Shown one piece after another: positions 51,053 through 63,961 of a stretch of DNA of 64,000 bases. Origin of the DNA: Aplysia californica (Eukaryota); NCBI RefSeq assembly GCF_000002075.1, contig NW_004797838.1:53350-117349 (forward strand), written 5' to 3'. The notes beneath the pieces were generated by a model, which saw only the letters and a list, made by a program, of their open reading frames with translations, did no database searches and was not told the origin of the DNA. The translations under genes and the position numbers were made by a program. Numbering within the stretch: the first letter of the stretch is position 1; every line of letters starts with the position of its first letter.

Positions 51053-52931
51053 CGACATTTAATAGTCACCCAAAAACCTTTTATATAATATAACCAGCAT
51101 CTTTGTTTTTATGTCCCCACGGTTTTATGCACCCCGCATAATTTAGCAAAATTTGATCATTTTTTGCATAATTTCTTATTTTCCTTTATCATTCTTTGTT
51201 AAAATTAACAGAATCGCATAATTTCACATTTTTGGGCTCAGAATAATTTCATAATTTTTCTTACATAAAACGACGGGGACAGTTTTATATTATGACACTG
51301 TCCGAGATGTCCACCTGTCTAAGTTTAAGGCCGAGGCCACATTACAAGAGAGAGAGCGGGAATAAGAACAAATATAAACAGATATTTCTGTTTAATTAGC
51401 CATACGGTACTATGAGCGGGTCCCGTGAGAATCTCGATAGCTTTGATTTTAAGCGAGACTATACCTGTTTCTTCTCATTTGGCCTGGCTCATTTTGAGAC
51501 AGCGACACCATCCTGTCCCCACATTTCTTTCAGTGTTTGCAGATTTCACCCCCTGGATGTTTAGATACTACACATCGCCTCGTGCTGAAAGTGACTCACT
51601 TTTTACTACTTTTAGTGAGTCCCAGAAATTACTCACCTTGTCTCTTGAATCATGTTTCTGACCCATGGGCCAGTTTTCACCTCAGCTTGCCGCTTACTTC
51701 CCGCTTGAGTAAAGCAGCTCATAGTTTAGTAATTTGGCCACCCCCCAAGTTTATTGCTCATGATGGCATCGTTTGCTTAGCTCTCACTTGTGAAATTAAA
51801 TTGAAATGTGGCCTCACACAAAGACAACCAATTTTTTCTTTGAAATTTGTTGGCCTTCTACTTCTAGGACAATTTCATTACATGTAATTTCAAGTGTACC
51901 AGACCAGTAGGCCTACTTGGTTGGAATACTATTAGGTCTAGTTAATCCAATTCCATCAAGATCAGATTGATCTGGGAAATATTAAGTGCAAAATAGATCT
52001 TTGTGATTCTTTGGCTATTGCCAAATTTGGTCTTTGCATCTACAACAAAGGAAAATCTTTGAACATGTACACTGGCATCATTTTTTCAAATACAGTATAT
52101 GCAGTCTTTACAATTTTACAGGAGAGCAAAAAAAACAATATCCTTACCGAGAAAACAAACTCTTTGCAAACATCCCAAGTCAATACTTTTAAGAATACAA
52201 GTTTGATAACTTCCTTATATTTTAAAGCAAACATTTCATTGGTACATGAACAACATTCTGGTTTTTTTGGCTCTCCTGTTAAATTATAAAAACTGCATAT
52301 TACTGAATTTTCTTAAATGACGGCAGAACAGTGGAGTGGAGTCTACATACTTAAATTGAAAACAGCAGTAAACCAAACCGAAAGAAAAGAAAATCCCAGA
52401 TTTTTCCTTCTCTCTAAACCAAAGAAAATCTGGCGGTCCATCAGATTAAGAATATATATAACTTGAGTCATTAGTTAAAGTGGATTCTTCTTCTGTTGTT
52501 CTTTTTAAAAAGTTGGCTTACAGTCAGATGAAAACAGTAATAATAGCTGTGTTCTACAGCAAACACACTGGTCCAGCACCACAGATGATCCAGTCTCCAC
52601 TGATAGTTTGATGGAGTTTAAAGAAAAGCACATGGACACAAGTCATGATGCACATTCCCTATCATTTTTAACCCTGCTCTAGCCCAAAGTATTTGCGGAT
52701 ACGGTGAAGTGAAACCCTGATAATGATAACTAACACGAACTTCAAGAGACCAGATAATTTTTTCATATTTTAATGTTAAGCAGATTTCGTATGAAGAAGG
52801 GAAGTTACTAACTAACAATGCACATAAAAACCCCTGGTCATTTGAAGTTCTTTAGTGTGAACAGTATTTTCAATTCATGTTGAATGGCTGCATGTTAATA
52901 ATAATAGTAATAGTCTCCTGTTTTGTTATTG

Positions 52932-53325
52932 CTTTTGGGTTTTTTTGGGGGGGTTTTTTTTGTGTTTTACGGCACTTGCAACACAATAAGGTCATATATA
53001 ACTGCCGAAGGTTAGAGGTGTTACAATTAGAAGGGAGTAACAAACACAAAAAAAGAGGAGAGATAAGGACGATAGATGTTTGATAGGAAAGAAGAAGCAA
53101 ACCACACCAAAACACCCGCCAACCACCCACATTTGTTATTGTCAGTTTAGTTTTAGTAGAGGTTTTACAGCACTCACAACTGCATAAGGTCATATGAGCG
53201 CCAGAAGATTAGAGGTGTTACAAGAGAGTAACAAACATAAAAAAAGAAGGAGGGGAGATAAGGACGATAGATGTTTGATAGGAAAAAAGTAGCAAACCAC
53301 ACCAGAACACCCGTCAACCACCCAC
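52932..53325 (-). mobile_element. Two head-to-tail family A retroposons
   Basis: Copies at about 52960-53130 and 53145-53325. The target motif TTTGTTATTG occurs three times (about 52922, 53132, 53327). Confidence 0.8.
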
Positions 53326-53364
53326 ATTTGTTATTGTTGTTGACGTGAACAATGCATTGAGTGG

Positions 53365-53890
53365 AAGTGGCATAAGTTGTCCACTGGTTAGGCTGTTGGG
53401 TTCACAAATGAAAGGTCATGGGTCAAATCACGTCACGGGCCTGGCGTTATGTGCAACGGTAAGGCACTTTATACAAAATGGTCACCACTTTAAACGAGCA
53501 GGAATGGGTACCTTTACCCAGCTATAGAGTGTACATCTTGCCAGTTTGTTGAGCACCATGTGAACAGTATGCTTCCCGAGAAGCTGAGGAGTGTTCATTG
53601 GGTTTGCTGAGATAATAATATAGGTAGATTGTAAAACGCTGAGTTTAGTTTTAGTAAGAGTTTTACGGCACTTGCAACACAAAAAGGTCATACAAGTGCC
53701 GAAGAATAGATTACGTGTTACAAGAGAGTAACACACGAAAAAGAAGGAGGGGAGATAAAGACGACAGATGTTTGACAGGAAAGAAGGAGCAAACCACACC
53801 AGAGCACCCGCCAACCACCCACTAAACGCTGAGTTTGCTGTTGAGTAGGGATATAATGCGTTAAATGCAAAAGCTATTTATTATTTATTA
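53365..53890 (+). mobile_element. CORE-like SINE interrupted by an antisense family A retroposon (53647-53823)
   Basis: TSD AAACGCTGAGTTT (53634-53646 and 53824-53836). The host tail resumes after the insertion. Confidence 0.82.
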
Positions 53891-55083
53891 GCATCACAAT
53901 TGGATTCTGAATGTCAAAGTGAAAGTTGTGGACACAGACGCACCAAGATGATGCTCTGGTCAATTTATTCGATCAAACCTCATGCAGCACATAGTAGTAT
54001 AGTGTGGGCACCAACGTGACATAATATTTTCAATGACTGATACAAGGTGAAGAATGTTCAGTTCAGAACTGAGCAAAAAGCTGTGCAGTCAACGTCCCAT
54101 CCAAAGAAGACAACCCACTTTCACTCCCTTGGTTTTGATGAAAAAGTCCCGACAGACAATAGTGAGCATTCAGATCTACAGTTTCACCTCGTACATCAAT
54201 GGCATCCATCCAAGAGACATCGGGTGTTTGTGTAAGGGAGAGGCGATCTTTACTTTAAATTCAATGCTGAGAACTGAATTAGGAGACAAACAACCATTCA
54301 TCCCAACTTTCAACAGCACACTCGCGGTTTATTCTCGCACAATAGAAGGCTATACTTAATGATAAGATTCCTGACTTAACTAACCACCTGAGCTTTGCCA
54401 AGACGTTTGGGTACTGTGAACGGTGAGATAGTTGAGGGAAAAGAAGCGGATCAACACAATAATAGCCAGTTAGTCGAGGAAAAAGCTGGAGAGACACACA
54501 GAAAGAACCCATGAACAAAACAAAAACAAAAAAAAAAGACGTACACACAGAAAGAACCCATGAACAAAAAAAAAGAAGAAAAGGACGTATTAATACTAAT
54601 GACGCTCCCCAACCTCCCACTCTTATTGCCAGTAACACAGAGATGTCGTTACAACCACATGAAATAAACCGGAACAAACAACACAAATTACTCAACACAT
54701 TTTTGATTCGGTTCTGTTCCAGCAGTATAGATTAGAAGGGCACACAAAATGTTACATCATCCACACAGACGTATGAAAAAAATAAAAATATGGAGTAAAA
54801 ACTCTCTAGAAAATGAAAATGGAGATAGCTTTATTAATATTACAACCCAAGCACTTGCTACAGTTTGATAATCCTCTCTCATCACAATCAAACCAACCAA
54901 CCAGACCATGCTCTGGCCACATTAACAAACGATGGAGAGAAACACTTCAGAAGCGGGCACACTTCAGTGATGATGGATCCAGTGTATCTTAATATTAGAT
55001 TAGAAAAACTGTACACTTTGGGGAGCTGCGGGCAACCACGTGAAAGCACTCGAATGCGTCTGGTTACGCCAGCTCTCCCCACA

Positions 55084-58000
55084 TCAGACATCCTCATCTT
55101 TTGATGCTTCGTCGAAGTTTTCAACCAGTTCTGCAAAACAAGAAAGGGAGGGAAACAAGTCAAATCACAAGCCACAAAACACAACAACAATATTTTTACA
55201 GTGTGTGTGTGTGTGTATCCGCGCGTGCGCATTTCTTGGGTGCGCATATGAGCAACAATACATTTTTGTAGTGTTAATTTTTAAATTTGTACTCCTATTA
55301 TAGTAAAGCACCTAGAGCTATGTTCACATGGGAGTAGACACTATCATTGTCATCATTTTCGGCCAACAGACCAGACAGTGGTCGTATCAGCAACACACAG
55401 CATTTCTACCAAAAACATGGTTGTCTTCAAATAAATCATTCACTGAACATTCAAACAAATGTAAAAGATTCTTTGAACCATTCATCTAATAGTCACCAAC
55501 AGTTCCTTTGACTCTGCTCCAAAATAATTCCTTGCATTATGTGGAATCTTCAAAAGGAAAAAGGGAAACAGGCAAGGTTATTTCACATTACATGGAGTTG
55601 AAAGATTCTTCCTTGCCCATACTGACATTTTAACTGAAATTCAATGAATTCATTCCTTACTGTTAAGCACTCAAAACTAATTACAGTAACAAGAAAAAAT
55701 GCAAGTCCCTCTTTCAGTGCAAAATATTTGAAAACCACTTGCCCTTGGAAAATCATTTTAAAAACCTATCGGATGAGCCAGTCCTGGAGAACCATCAGCT
55801 CAAGCCAACCAGGAAATGCTTTGACTTTGCAGCCCCTAGCACATGTATGAGCCTCTACTTCCTTTAGTCTTCATAGCTCAGCATACCACCATAGAAATCT
55901 ACCATTGACCTGAAGGAGCTCAGGCGCACCACTCATAGACTTTTTTTTGTGGGGGGGGGGGGGGTGTTAAAAATTGCAAAAATCTGCCTAAATCCTTGCA
56001 CTCTAAGGTCAGTATAAACTTGCCATACAGTGCAGCCTCTCTATAACGACCTTCGATATAACGACATCCTCTGTATAGCGACAGGGTGCCCTGGTCCAGA
56101 TTTTTTTCCTTATATATAATTGGTAATTTTTGGTTGCCTCTCTATAACGACATTTTTTCTGGTCCCAACGAGAGAGGTTGCACTGTAGAGTTGGTTAGAG
56201 GGCGCCACTGAAAGGTCCTACCTCTTTACTTTCCCTCTGTTGATTCTGTCTGTCTGGTTGTACTTTCCCCCAGCACTAAAAGACTATTATTGCATTGATG
56301 TGCCTCTCTTTACTCAAGCAAACAAACAAGGAAAACCAAAAGCACATACCTGGGACTTCATCATCATCATCCACATCTGCGGTTGTCTGTTTGTTGCCAT
56401 CGCTAGCAGCTGAAAGTTAAAAACAGTATTTCGTGGGTCAAATGAATAGGACACAATCACATTACTTTTCTCATTTCTTTTGTTTCAGTTAGAGTTTTAC
56501 AGCGCTCGCAACTGCATAAGGTCATATGAGCGCACAAAAAAAAAGTTGGTTCTATTCACAACAGTTCACTGCACAGCCCAATTCTTGTCAACACCTCTAT
56601 TAAAATGCTAAAATACAAAATATTTGGTGCAAATAAATTCTTAATTTAAAATATTTTTTAAAATAACAAGTAAAATTTTTAATCATGTAAATCACAATTT
56701 TCCATAAAGGCCAATGGCCTTTATAAAATCAAGAATTCTATTGGGATCAACGACGGAAAACACGTCTTGCAATTTTTTAAATCTAAAATATTTCCTCCGG
56801 GTCTCTCCGAAGTCTAGACATACTGTTAAAATGACACAAAACGGCTTCTCTTCTTCCTGAAGGAGGTATTTGTGTGTCAGGGACGTGTGTCCGATGCGTA
56901 ATCAAGTAAAAATGACTTGTCTCTTCTGGAGAGGCCCGAAGGTTTTCGCGGACCCAGTTTGGGCTTGATGTTGTGTAATTTATTATTTTCTTTTTTCCAA
57001 TAAGTCTCCCACAGACTGGAGGTGTAGTTTTTTACTTTATTTTTAAAGTCAGTCTGTGGGAGAGTGTTCATCGTTGATCCTAACAGAAGGGACAAGGAAT
57101 CCTTCGCCGGGAGATCCACTTGCTTGTTTCCTCAGATGCCCGCATGGCTACCTACACGACTTTTCCCGGATTCAGCCAAAACATGTATTTTTTTGTTGTA
57201 ACCTAAATATTTTCGGTTGTAACAGTGTGTAGTTTGCAAGTGAAGTGATGCAAGACGAGTCAGATAGGATTACCTTTCGTCTATTAGTATTAGTGTTAGA
57301 GAAATGATAATAACTGTAAAAGTGAGCAACCGCAAAACTTTATATTTTTGTCTTATTACATAGTAATAGTAGGAGCAACCAAAGAGCAAGTCAGAGTCAT
57401 AATTGTAGACAAATTAAATTTTTGAGTTTCAATTCTCAAGCATGGTACCAAATAATCTCTGGCGGCTCAAAGAGCCATCAAATTAATGTCAAATAACATC
57501 AATCTTACTCTTGTCTAAAATTGTTTCATATAAATGTCTCCTATCAGGAAATATTTTATACACACTACCCACAACTTTGAAATAGTCTCATTTCTTCCTA
57601 TGCCACACCATGACATATTTTCTATCAAAACTCTCCATTTGTACAAACAAAATTATCAAAAGAGAGGCAAAACTCACCACTGGCCACTGTTGAAGCAAGC
57701 TTTTTCAAGCTGCTCAAGCTCTCAGCTCCCAACTGATTTAAGATCCCTGGCAGCATTTCAGCAATTTCTGAAAATGTATTTTCAAATGACATATTTCACC
57801 ACCAGACAAGATGCATGAATGGCAACAACAACAAAAAAACAATCAAAAAACAAATTGTCACAAGGAGCAAGACTGACCATAGAAACACACATGCCAACTT
57901 TAAACTAGATTCAGAGAAAACAACAGAAACACAATGACCCTCAGAAGTACTTCTACTAATAGGGGTAGGGTCTGAGAGGAGTACCCAAGATAGGTCTCCT

Positions 58001-60365
58001 GACCACCTCCATAAAAATGGTCTATACACATGGTAACAGGATGTTAAAATTAAAAATACCACTATGGGAGAGTACTGAAATGATCAAGTTTTTTCAAGTC
58101 ATTTTTGGGTTTCAAGAAGTCCACATTGAAGATGGTAAGGGAAAATATTTCATAGGCTAAAAATTATCATCATCGAGACATATTTTAATATTCTCCTAGG
58201 CTCATGTTGAGTTGCCCCTACACCAGGCCAGCCCAGCACAGTGATTGCCATATCTCACCAGGGACACAAAAGAAGGGGGAAAAATAAAGATACAAAGATA
58301 CAATACAGAGTTCCCACCAACCATCCACTGACCCAATGGAAAAGAATCATTCACCCCCCCACTAAAAAAACAAACACCAACTAACTTCCAACTAATCCAA
58401 ATGTCAATGAACAGGTTATAACTTCCATTACCAAAGACGTATTTATTATAAGAATAATCACATGTCCAATTAAAAAACTAGAATGTCAGAGCAAATCTAA
58501 TCAGAGAAAAGAACAGACTTTCTACACTAAAATAGGGATACAGTAAACACTACAATATTCAAAAACACAAACTTATTACATTCTCTGCAAATGTAACTGT
58601 GTATTTCAAGTCCAAAGAATTCTTTTTGTTAAAGAATTTGAAAAACATTAGCATGGCTCTCCTTACGTTTGTTCTCAGCATGACCAGTGATTGCAAATGT
58701 GTTAGCAGCCAAAGATGCCTGGACTTTAGGGTTGTTGAAGTGAATGACTTGTCCATCCTCTTTAATCATGTTAACCTGGAAGGGAAAACATAAAAACCCT
58801 CTGTAAGAATAAATTATCCACAAAAAAAGACTGAAGCTTTCAAAAACAAACCCAACAAGTCACGCTTCACACCCTGTAGTAAAACAAACAACGACAAGTA
58901 AATCATACCCCCCATGCAACACCCATAAGGAAAGATTTGCTGACATTTATTGGAACTTTTCATGGAACCTTGGCAACAATTTAATTCAATGACAATAAAA
59001 TTCAACCTGAATGTGGTACAAGTGGTCATGTGCAAGAGCAGGTCTCCCTTGCTTATTCGACTGCTTTTGAAGGGAGTGTGACAGCAGTGACAAAGATATG
59101 TGTGCATAACAAAAACACTTTTTATTTACTGACATTGACATTATGAAACAACACTGACAGTAAAACCAAAAAAGTATTTCTAGACTAGGAGAGAAACCAC
59201 TAGGTCACAAGGTACCTGGAAAGTGTGTGATCAAGCACCAACCAAACAGAACTGAATAACAAAGAACTGGGGGCTCTCATGGCCTAGAGGTTAAGGTGTT
59301 GGCCTCTCATTCAAAGGTCCCGGGTTCGAATCCAGGTAGTGACCGAAAAATTTAATTCTCTAAATTTGTCTCCTTTCACCTCCTTTCCTGCTCTCTAGCA
59401 ATGTTCTGTCGTCTGCTTTCTGCCCCCACTCCCTCATCTCCTTTGCCCCCCTCCTCTGGGCTCCTGATTCCTTCTACAGCCTTCCTACTGCTACTCTTTG
59501 GCTTCTTCTTACTGCTGTCTTTCAGCCACACTCCTGATCTTCTGGTAGGAAAAGATCTACACCTAGCCTTCTCGGAAAAGGGCGAAAGATCTGTGCAAGT
59601 TGAGCAGGTTAAAGATCCCTTGGTGGTCTAAAATCGATAAGAGTAGGCTTCGGCCACCACTGGGGCAAAATTCAAAATTCCCTACCAACTGAAAAAGTTT
59701 AACGTGTCCCGCGTGCTCATATGACCTTATGCAGTTGCGAGCGCTGTAAAACACTTACAAAAACAAAACAAAGAACTCGCCCAATAGGCAATAGAGCATC
59801 AGTACTTTGATACTGAAGAAAACCTTGCATAAAAATGACTGAAGGCCTCTTTAAACATTTTCAAAATAAAACAAAAATTTAGACAGTTTACAGTAAAAGA
59901 GTGAACTTGCTTCTCATTCATGTTTGAAAGATGAAAATAAAAACCCCAACCCAACCTAAAAAAAAAAAAAGTCAACATTTGTAGCCAACAAGCGTCTCTT
60001 ACCTCCTCAATACCCGGAATACTGTTAACAGACAACTTCTTTAAAGAGATTTCTATTTTCTTTCCATCTGTGGTGGCAGTGCGATGAATGACCTTCTTCT
60101 TTCTCCTTGCAGATCCCTTGATATAAACAAAAGGAAAAAGTTTGTTATGCAAAATTAAAATTGATGACAAAAAATGAAACAGCAATTGCTTGACCGCATT
60201 TGACAAGTTTCAGAAAGACAAAACTGCCAATGCAAAACACCAGTTAGAATGAGCAAAACACTAAAATTATAATAATAAATGACTATCATGAAAGCTACGT
60301 ACCTTGCCGCCAATGCGGACAGCGTCTGCTTTTGCTTGAAGTTGCTTTAATTTTTCGGGATTCAT
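55084..60365 (-). CDS. BTF3: Transcription factor BTF3 / nascent polypeptide-associated complex beta subunit, 160 aa
   Basis: Exons 60303-60365 ([21 protein letters not shown]), 60003-60116 ([22 protein letters not shown]), 58667-58775 ([36 protein letters not shown]), 57678-57767 ([17 protein letters not shown]), 56350-56409 (DDDDEVP), 55084-55130 ([14 protein letters not shown]). Minus-strand AATAAA at 54830-54835. Confidence 0.96.
56027..56188. mobile_element. pogo/Tigger-like MITE
   Basis: TACAGTGCAGCCTCTC / GAGAGGTTGCACTGTA. Confidence 0.75.
56488..57155 (-). mobile_element. 5'-truncated, degenerate RNase H-bearing LINE (I/Nimb/Ingi-like) in a BTF3 intron
   Basis: Minus strand reads SHAGI*GNKQVDL (RNase H C-terminal motif), then [32 protein letters not shown], then [21 protein letters not shown] (pre-zinc-knuckle). 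Ends in GCGCTCATATGACCTTATGCAGTTGCGAGCGCTGTAAAAC. Confidence 0.85.
59269..59766 (+). mobile_element. Full-length tRNA-headed SINE (family C) with the I/Nimb-like LINE 3' tail
   Basis: A box TGGCCTAGAGG, B box GGTTCGAATCC, pyrimidine-rich body, tail GCTCATATGACCTTATGCAGTTGCGAGCGCTGTAAAAC, TSD AACAAAGAACT (59258-59268 and 59767-59777). Confidence 0.9.
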
Positions 60366-61730
60366 GGTTGTACCTGAAAGAACATTTTGCACATTGATAA
60401 ATACCACCAATGACATAATATTTACAAAATAACTCAAACAACAAATTCCAGACACTTTAATTTTTTACACTTAACATGTTGCTCAATGTATTTCTAGGCT
60501 ACATTTGGCAGAAATCACAGCTTCCAGCAGCTGATGTTAGTTTTCGAGGATTTTCGGGTCCAGGGTAGTGGCCTGGCAGGGGGTTTTAGGGGGACGCTTG
60601 TGTTTCTGATTTTTTTTTGTTTCAGGGAATCCTAAGTATGCCATTTCTGGCTATTCAAGCCTAAATTGAACAAGAAAATTTATAAGTGAGAAAAAAACAC
60701 ACCTTGCACATAATTTTCTGTTTGTAATAATCCATATAAATCCAAGGCTATGCTTTCTCCCTTGTACCAATACTGCATATCCATAACAGTTATAACAGCT
60801 AGATCTATAAAACTTGACAGTTAATGTTCAACCCTTTTCAGCTTCTTGTGTGTTGGATTGCACCATGATAATGTGTAGATCTAGGCCCTGGAATCCTTAT
60901 AATAGTATAACAGCTAGATCTAAATAACTTGATAGCTTATTCAACTTAAATCCACAACAATATTTGCATTAAAAAAAACAAGAACCACATCTTGTTTACC
61001 ATGCTGGTGCTCTGCTTCTTGTGCTTTAGAAAGTGAAAGACAATGTCTATGTTGGGCGCTATCTGTCGATTTGCGCGATCCATCAATCGCGCAGGGCATT
61101 GGGTTGATCGAGGAAACGCGCGAAAATCCATCGATTGTTGCGCTTTCTGTTGATCAGCGGATCCCGCAGCGCTTTTTATCGATCCGCTTGGTTGCACATT
61201 CTATAGATCTTACTATTCTTACCCTTGAGTTTTGTTATGTTTTGTTGTCGTCCAGTGTGTAATTTAGTTTCACTCTCCAAAGTCAAACCGAAACTGAATG
61301 GAAGTAACTGGAAGTCAGGGTTACAATAACAAACTAATCAAAGTGACTATTCGAGTCCGAATAGACAAAAATGGACTTTGATTTGAGTCCAGTATGATGT
61401 CTGTTCCGACTTCCGACCCTTGTTTCTAAATGTTTCCAGCATTTATTAACATTTTTTTCGATTATAATGATAACAATTGAGACGTGAGCTTTAATATCCA
61501 GTTACTAGATCTATCTAAACTGGTCCCCCCTGCGTCGGTAGTATGAACAAAACTAAGTTGAGCCTGGGGCCAAGTTAACTAATCATGTCGACTAATGAGA
61601 CGGCGTGTAGCGATATCGCACTCTCGGCTTATGGGGGAAGAGGTGTTGGGAAGTGAAGAGGTCACGGCTGTCGATTTTGTGCGCGATGAAAAAAAAAAAA
61701 AAAAATTTCAGAAAAACTAAACACTCAACA

Positions 61731-62406
61731 NNNNNNNNNNNNNNNNNNNNNNNNNNNNNNNNNNNNNNNNNNNNNNNNNNNNNNNNNNNNNNNNNNNNNN
61801 NNNNNNNNNNNNNNNNNNNNNNNNNNNNNNNNNNNNNNNNNNNNNNNNNNNNNNNNNNNNNNNNNNNNNNNNNNNNNNNNNNNNNNNNNNNNNNNNNNNN
61901 NNNNNNNNNNNNNNNNNNNNNNNNNNNNNNNNNNNNNNNNNNNNNNNNNNNNNNNNNNNNNNNNNNNNNNNNNNNNNNNNNNNNNNNNNNNNNNNNNNNN
62001 NNNNNNNNNNNNNNNNNNNNNNNNNNNNNNNNNNNNNNNNNNNNNNNNNNNNNNNNNNNNNNNNNNNNNNNNNNNNNNNNNNNNNNNNNNNNNNNNNNNN
62101 NNNNNNNNNNNNNNNNNNNNNNNNNNNNNNNNNNNNNNNNNNNNNNNNNNNNNNNNNNNNNNNNNNNNNNNNNNNNNNNNNNNNNNNNNNNNNNNNNNNN
62201 NNNNNNNNNNNNNNNNNNNNNNNNNNNNNNNNNNNNNNNNNNNNNNNNNNNNNNNNNNNNNNNNNNNNNNNNNNNNNNNNNNNNNNNNNNNNNNNNNNNN
62301 NNNNNNNNNNNNNNNNNNNNNNNNNNNNNNNNNNNNNNNNNNNNNNNNNNNNNNNNNNNNNNNNNNNNNNNNNNNNNNNNNNNNNNNNNNNNNNNNNNNN
62401 NNNNNN
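61731..62406. other. Assembly gap (676 N)
   Basis: Run of N. Confidence 0.99.
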
Positions 62407-62669
62407 AGTTGGGGTCACTGTCCTTCACCTTCAATAACTTAAAAACTACCGGCCCCAGAGATACGAAACGAAGTCGAAGTCTAGCTCAGGTTTGGCCAAA
62501 CAAGGGTACGAGGCGGGTCTCGCGATCCGTGCGTGATTTGTAGAGCGAAAAAAAAATTCCAAAGTTGGTCACGCAGGGCTCGTGTGACCCGTCGCGAGCG
62601 TCGCGGCGGGGGTCACGCAACTGCTGTGTGACCCGTCTGAAGTGAGTTAAACATGTGGAAAGACAAATG

Positions 62670-62720
62670 GTGACGGAAGTACTAATGATGCCGTACTTGG
62701 TGGCGGAAAGACCCTGAGTT
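62670..62720 (-). promoter_or_regulatory. Candidate BTF3 TCT/5'TOP initiator and 14-nt non-coding exon 1
   Basis: Minus strand reads gggtCTTTCCGCCACCAA|GTACGG: pyrimidine-tract start then a donor at 62696. ETS CGGAAGT at 62674-62680. BTF3 coding exon 1 has an acceptor (60374-60375), so an upstream exon is required. Confidence 0.4.
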
Positions 62721-63779
62721 GTCCGTTGCCGTGTACTTAGACACTGCTATTGGATAGATCTAATGAGAGTGCAATCAGGGTTAGGCCTATAGGTCGGTGA
62801 GTATCACTCCCTGAAGTGCTCAGTAAACCAATTTTCTTTTTTTTAAAGTTCACTTCATCATCATAGTTTATTGACAGAATGCGCAGTAAGTATATAATAT
62901 TTCATGAATCGACAAAAAGCGCTGCGCGATCTGCTGATCAACAGAATGCGCAACAATGGATGGATTGTCGCGCGCTTTCTCGATCAACCAAATGCGCTGC
63001 GCGTTCGATGGATCGCGCAAATCGATAGATCGCGCCCAACATCTACACTTTCAAATATAAGAGCACTCCAGGTATGGGTTGGCTATTGTTGACTATTAGT
63101 AATTACGGAAATTTTAGCAGCAGCAATATTCCGCTATAACCGACTAGCATGTTTGTCTGATTGGGTTATAGCAGTATTTTATTTACATAGGGAAAGAAGA
63201 GGAAAAAACTGGGTTTTAGTATAACAGACCTCAATATTTCCGGACTCGTTATAAGTGGACTCCACTTAGACCTGCATGTGAGCCTCAACCAGATTGTCTG
63301 AAAATTTTGCGCAACAAAATTCAAAATGGCCGCTTGAGCCCGAAACTGAAAGTAGAAAATTTAGGTTGTCGTCCTTTTTCGTATTCGTATTTCTACTCAG
63401 GTTCCGACAATTATGTCAGAAATGCTGACGTCGGCAGAACTGTCGACAAAGCCAACGGGAGAAAAAGGGGGCGCTGGCAGTCGGCCAGGCCTCGCACAAC
63501 GCACATTGACTAATACAAGTGGGCCTAGCAATAGCATCGGCCGGCTCGCGGGTCGGGTCGCGATTGGCAGATTTCAAACGATTGTCGGCAAACATGCAGG
63601 TCTATCCCCTGTATGGCGTTAGAACAGGCCAAAAATCGGTAGATTTAGGCAGCCTTGTCAACGTATCAAGCTATCGAAGAAATTTTTGCTGCTGATGATA
63701 GCGGTTCATTCATTTCCCTTTAAAATGATATAGACATTATTTTGATATAAAGATTATTGTTGTGGATACTTGGCCACTT

Positions 63780-63961
63780 TTCACCAAAATAATCTACATT
63801 TTCTCGGGGTGCGGGGATCTCGCGCTGGGAAAGCTCACGGCCCGTGAGGGGACAGTCGGACGACAGAGAGAGAAGAGGAAGGGTCAGAGCCAGGGTCTAC
63901 CCACTTTGCGGGAAATCTACTATGCACAACACTTGTTGAAATAAAGTATCCAGCTCCTACG
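63780..63961 (+). other. Candidate 5' exon of a further plus-strand gene extending past the window
   Basis: GC-rich segment ending in a consensus donor ACG|GTAAGA at 63961/63962. YY1-like AAAATGGCCGC at about 63323. Confidence 0.3.

Larger units (their letters stand above)
61047..63045. repeat. Inverted repeat pair with arms of about 135 bp (61047-61185 and 62906-63045)
   Basis: ATGTTGGGCGCTATCTGTCGATTTGCGCGATCCATC.. is the reverse complement of ..GATGGATCGCGCAAATCGATAGATCGCGCCCAACAT. Confidence 0.8.

Noticed and set aside
51334-51815. Possible extra minus-strand exon with a GTGAGT donor at about 51636
   Set aside because: No recognisable protein or partner exons, and the region is bounded by GAGGCCACATT inverted termini, so it is probably a TE.
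59269-59345. Possible tRNA gene
   Set aside because: A and B boxes are present but the acceptor and anticodon stems pair poorly. It continues into a SINE body with LINE tail and TSD.
55131-60002. Intronic C/D snoRNAs in BTF3
   Set aside because: No properly spaced box C / box D pair with a terminal stem was found by eye on the minus strand.
61592-62543. Long ORFs of 233-296 aa in the ORF track
   Set aside because: They are artifacts of translating through N gaps. The same applies to 28228-28549.
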